Source: Gemmatimonadaceae bacterium
GTDB lineage: Bacteria; Gemmatimonadota; Gemmatimonadetes; Gemmatimonadales; Gemmatimonadaceae
DNA length: 27,441 nt
Direction: 5' to 3'
Assembly: GCA_035692325.1 (NCBI GenBank)
Contig: DASSIC010000492.1
Coordinates: 1 to 27,441, forward strand
Every line of letters begins with the position of its first letter. Position 1 is the stretch's first letter. The notes under the pieces were generated by a model. It made no database searches. It was not told where the DNA came from and saw only the letters and a program-made list of their open reading frames with translations. The translations under genes were made by a program, and so were the position numbers. Shown one piece after another: positions 24,718 through 27,441 of the stretch.

Positions 24718-26093
24718 GCGGAGCGTCGGCGGACCGGATCACCGGCGCCGAAGTGGTTCACGACGGCGACACGATCGCCGCCGTCGCCACGCCTGCCGGA
24801 CGCGGCGCCCTGGCCATCGTCCGGGTGAGTGGACCGGGGGTGACGGAGCTCGCGCGCCGCCTGCTCGATCCGCCGCCGGCGACGCCGCGCCGCGCAACCC
24901 GCTGCGTCGTGCGTGACGGTGGTGAGGCCATCGACGACGTCGTCGCGACCCTGTTCGTGGCGCCCCACTCCTTCACCGGGGAGGATCTGCTGGAGCTTGG
25001 CACGCACGGCGGCCTCGTGACGCCGGCAGCGGTCCTCGCCGCCGTGCTCCGCGCCGGCGCGCGTGAAGCAGAGCGTGGCGAGTTCACCCGCCGTGCCGTG
25101 CTGAACGGCAAGCTCGATCTGCTGCAGGCGGAAGCCGTCGGCGACATGATCGACGCGAGGAGCTCCGCCGCCCGCCGCGCGGCGCTTCGACAGCTCGACG
25201 GAGGGCTCTCGCGTCGCATCGGGGCGCTGCGACAGCGGGTACTCGATCTCGAAGCGCTGCTCGCGTACGACATCGACTTTCCGGAAGAGGACGACGGCCC
25301 GATCTCGCGCGACCGGATTCACCAGGGAGCCGAAGAGCTGTTGACCGCGCTCGAGACCCTGCTGGCGACGGCGGAACAGGGGACGCTCGTGCTCGAGGGC
25401 GCGCTCGTCGTCCTCGCCGGGGCACCAAACGTCGGCAAGTCGTCGCTGTTCAACGCGCTCCTTGGCGAGGCGCGCGCGATCGTCACCGACGTCCCCGGAA
25501 CCACGCGCGATGCGATCGAGGCGGTGCTCGACCTGCCGGCGTGGCCTCTACGACTCGTGGACACTGCGGGGCTGCACGACACGACCGACGTGGTGGAGCG
25601 TCTGGGCATCGAGACCTCGAGCCGGTATCTCGCTCAGGCGGCGCTCGTGCTGGCGTGCGGCGACGACTCAGCCTCGCTCGCCGCGGTGGCCAGCGCCGTG
25701 CGCGAGCGAACGGACGCCCCGATCGTGACTGTGCGAACGAAGGGCGATTTAGTAACAGATGGTCACGAAGATGCGGACGTCGTCGTCAGCGCGCACACCG
25801 GCACCGGACTCCGCGACCTGCTCCAGCTCGTCGAGCGGCGCCTCTCGGAGCGCCACGGCGACGCGCTCCCCGACACGCCGGGGCTGACCCGCGCGCGACA
25901 TCAGCGCGCGGTGGGCATCGCCGCGGCCGAAATACGTGCGTTCGATGGGGCATGGCGCGATGGCGCGCTCCCGGCGAGCGTCGCGGCCATCCACGTGCGC
26001 GCGGCCGCAGATGCGCTCGGTGAGCTGATCGGAGTCGTCCGCGTGGACGACGTCCTGGACACGGTGTTCCGGCGCTTCTGCGTCGGGAAGTAG
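24714..26093 (+). CDS. mnmE: tRNA modification GTPase MnmE/TrmE
   Basis: DTIAAVATP, PHSFTGED, GEFTRRA, G1 GAPNVGKSS, G2 GTTRD, G3 DTAG, G4 TKGD, C-terminal FCVGK. Confidence 0.96.
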   Translation: MSGASADRITGAEVVHDGDTIAAVATPAGRGALAIVRVSGPGVTELARRLLDPPPATPRRATRCVVRDGGEAIDDVVATLFVAPHSFTGEDLLELGTHGGLVTPAAVLAAVLRAGAREAERGEFTRRAVLNGKLDLLQAEAVGDMIDARSSAARRAALRQLDGGLSRRIGALRQRVLDLEALLAYDIDFPEEDDGPISRDRIHQGAEELLTALETLLATAEQGTLVLEGALVVLAGAPNVGKSSLFNALLGEARAIVTDVPGTTRDAIEAVLDLPAWPLRLVDTAGLHDTTDVVERLGIETSSRYLAQAALVLACGDDSASLAAVASAVRERTDAPIVTVRTKGDLVTDGHEDADVVVSAHTGTGLRDLLQLVERRLSERHGDALPDTPGLTRARHQRAVGIAAAEIRAFDGAWRDGALPASVAAIHVRAAADALGELIGVVRVDDVLDTVFRRFCVGK

Positions 26094-26095
26094 CG

Positions 26096-27034
26096 CTAGG
26101 CCGTGGCCTGAGACGCGCGCGCGATCTGCGCCAGCTCGCCCGCGCTCGCGCGAACGGCCCAGGCCATCCCGCGCTCGTTGATCGCCGGCTCCACCATGCG
26201 AGCGCCAAGAAAGTAGCCGCTCCGCTCTGGCAGCACGTACCGGTCGACCGTTCGGGCTTCGTCGCTCATGCCGCCGGAGAGATAGCGCAACCGAAGGCCG
26301 AGCCCCGCGCGATCCAGATCCTCCACGACGGCGCGGCTGATGACAGCTTCGAGCTCACGCACGCGGGCGTACTGCCGGCGCCCGAAGCCGAAGTACTCCC
26401 ATGCGGCGTGACCAGGGCTGATCAGCTGCGACGCATGTACCGCCAACCCTTCATTCATCAACAGCTCGCGCAGCGGGGCACGACGGCCCGTGTCCCAGTA
26501 CGAGTAATAGCCGTTCGCCTCGTCGATCAGCTGTCGCAGCTCGCTGCGGCTCGTCGGCGAGGTGTAGCGGATGGCGTGCGCGATCTCGTGGGCGAGCCAG
26601 AGGGGGAGCAGCTCCGGGTCGAGCCCCAACCCCTGCGTATCGGGGTTCGCGACCGACGTGAAGTGCTCGAGGCACGCGAAGGCGATGCCCCGCCCGTCGA
26701 CGACGAGCTCACCGGCGTTGGCGGCGCCCACGCCGACCATGAGAACGACGTCGACATCGACGTCCTGCTCGAGCAGCTGCGCGCAGCGCTGCTCGGTGTT
26801 GCGAGCGAGCGCGACGACATCGGTGCGCTCGAGCATCTCCTGGAGGTCGGTGCGATCCGCCAGCGCGGTGGCGCGGACGACGTCCCCGAAATGCGGGCCG
26901 TCGGGATCGACGACGTAGTTGTGCCAGTACGGCTCGAGGAGACGGCGGTGGGCGTGGTAGTAGCGCTGGTAGGCGGCGACGCGGTCGGTGCTATTGAGAA
27001 CAGCGAAGAAATCTGGCAGCAGGTTGATCAGCAT
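26096..27034 (-). CDS. Putative gluzincin Zn-dependent protease (DUF2268-like)
   Basis: HEIAH (26576-26590) plus downstream NEG (26447-26455), the HExxH...E gluzincin arrangement. Confidence 0.65.
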   Translation of the reverse strand: MLINLLPDFFAVLNSTDRVAAYQRYYHAHRRLLEPYWHNYVVDPDGPHFGDVVRATALADRTDLQEMLERTDVVALARNTEQRCAQLLEQDVDVDVVLMVGVGAANAGELVVDGRGIAFACLEHFTSVANPDTQGLGLDPELLPLWLAHEIAHAIRYTSPTSRSELRQLIDEANGYYSYWDTGRRAPLRELLMNEGLAVHASQLISPGHAAWEYFGFGRRQYARVRELEAVISRAVVEDLDRAGLGLRLRYLSGGMSDEARTVDRYVLPERSGYFLGARMVEPAINERGMAWAVRASAGELAQIARASQATA

Positions 27035-27117
27035 TCGACCGGGAAGCGACCTGCGAGGGGGCAGCGGGCGACCGTCACGCGAACGGTGGCGCCGGCAGCG
27101 GGCGCATTGGACGCGGA

Positions 27118-27146
27118 ATGATAGCGGCGACCTGTGAGGTGAACAA
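27118..27146 (-). promoter_or_regulatory. Sigma70-type promoter of the putative protease
   Basis: TTGTTC (27146-27141), 17 nt, TATCAT (27123-27118). Confidence 0.5.
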
Positions 27147-27295
27147 GAGACGTCATGATCGTCGCGGCGCGAGCGCCGCGTTCAGGGACCAGAGGGCCAT
27201 CACCACGGCGACTCGGACATGCGGCGAACATGTGGCACGCTTCTTTCCTTTGATGTCCGTGACGAAAGTAGCGCCAGGGAGCGGGAGACACATCA

Positions 27296-27441
27296 ATGAC
27301 GACGTTGCAGCTAATTGAACTGCGCTGTCCCATCTGCGACACGCGATTCAAGTCCCAGCAGGTGATCTCGACGAATTCGTTCGGCGGGAAGCGCACGGAC
27401 TTTCACGAGCGCGCGGCGGGCACGCAGCCGTTGCCGTACCT
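27296..27441 (+). CDS. DUF2225-like CPxC protein, N-terminal part (runs off the window end)
   Basis: Not in the ORF track. MTTLQLIELRCPICDTRFKSQQVISTNSFGGKRTDFHERAAGTQPLPY; GGGAG SD at 27283-27287. Confidence 0.65.
   Translation, partial: MTTLQLIELRCPICDTRFKSQQVISTNSFGGKRTDFHERAAGTQPLPY

Noticed and set aside
25735-25750. MnmE G4 motif TKGD instead of NKxD
   Set aside because: TKxD is a common GTPase G4 variant and is not evidence of altered function.
27233-27247. TGGCACG-CTTC-TTTC as a sigma54 promoter for the DUF2225-like gene
   Set aside because: The -24 element is perfect but the essential -12 GC is TC.
1-27441. CRISPR arrays, IS or prophage elements, tRNA, rRNA, riboswitches
   Set aside because: No regularly spaced repeats, transposase or integrase motifs, cloverleafs or recognisable aptamers were found by eye; an Infernal scan would be needed to exclude weak ones.

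Overview
GC-rich bacterial chromosomal window spanning the replication origin. The gene set and protein styles suggest Gemmatimonadota, but this is inference and no search was run. Order: partial MFS(-), two ABC permeases, lipoprotein(-), UMF1-like MFS, PlsC-like acyltransferase, DUF4031-like(-), polA(-), cold-shock protein(-), Ser/Thr kinase, sensor histidine kinase(-), pyrE, degenerate histidine-kinase-like protein(-), MCP, AraC-type regulator(-), RNase P RNA (rnpB), AT-rich palindrome, DUF4126(-), dnaN(-), oriC, dnaA(-), rpmH-rnpA-yidD-yidC, MBL-fold hydrolase, mnmE, gluzincin-like protease(-), partial DUF2225-like gene. No mobile element, CRISPR array, tRNA or rRNA is seen. Best leads: (1) a beta-clamp-binding-type motif (QMDLF) in the DnaA linker, with a similar QGNLLL in a PolA insertion; (2) rnpA has no ATG/GTG/TTG start and probably begins at an ACG with a well-spaced SD just after rpmH; (3) a HisKA protein with a dead ATPase domain, within a signalling cluster lacking any canonical response regulator; (4) an unexplained 35-bp AT-rich palindrome after rnpB; (5) loss of the PolA ExoIII aspartate. 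All motif calls were made by eye.
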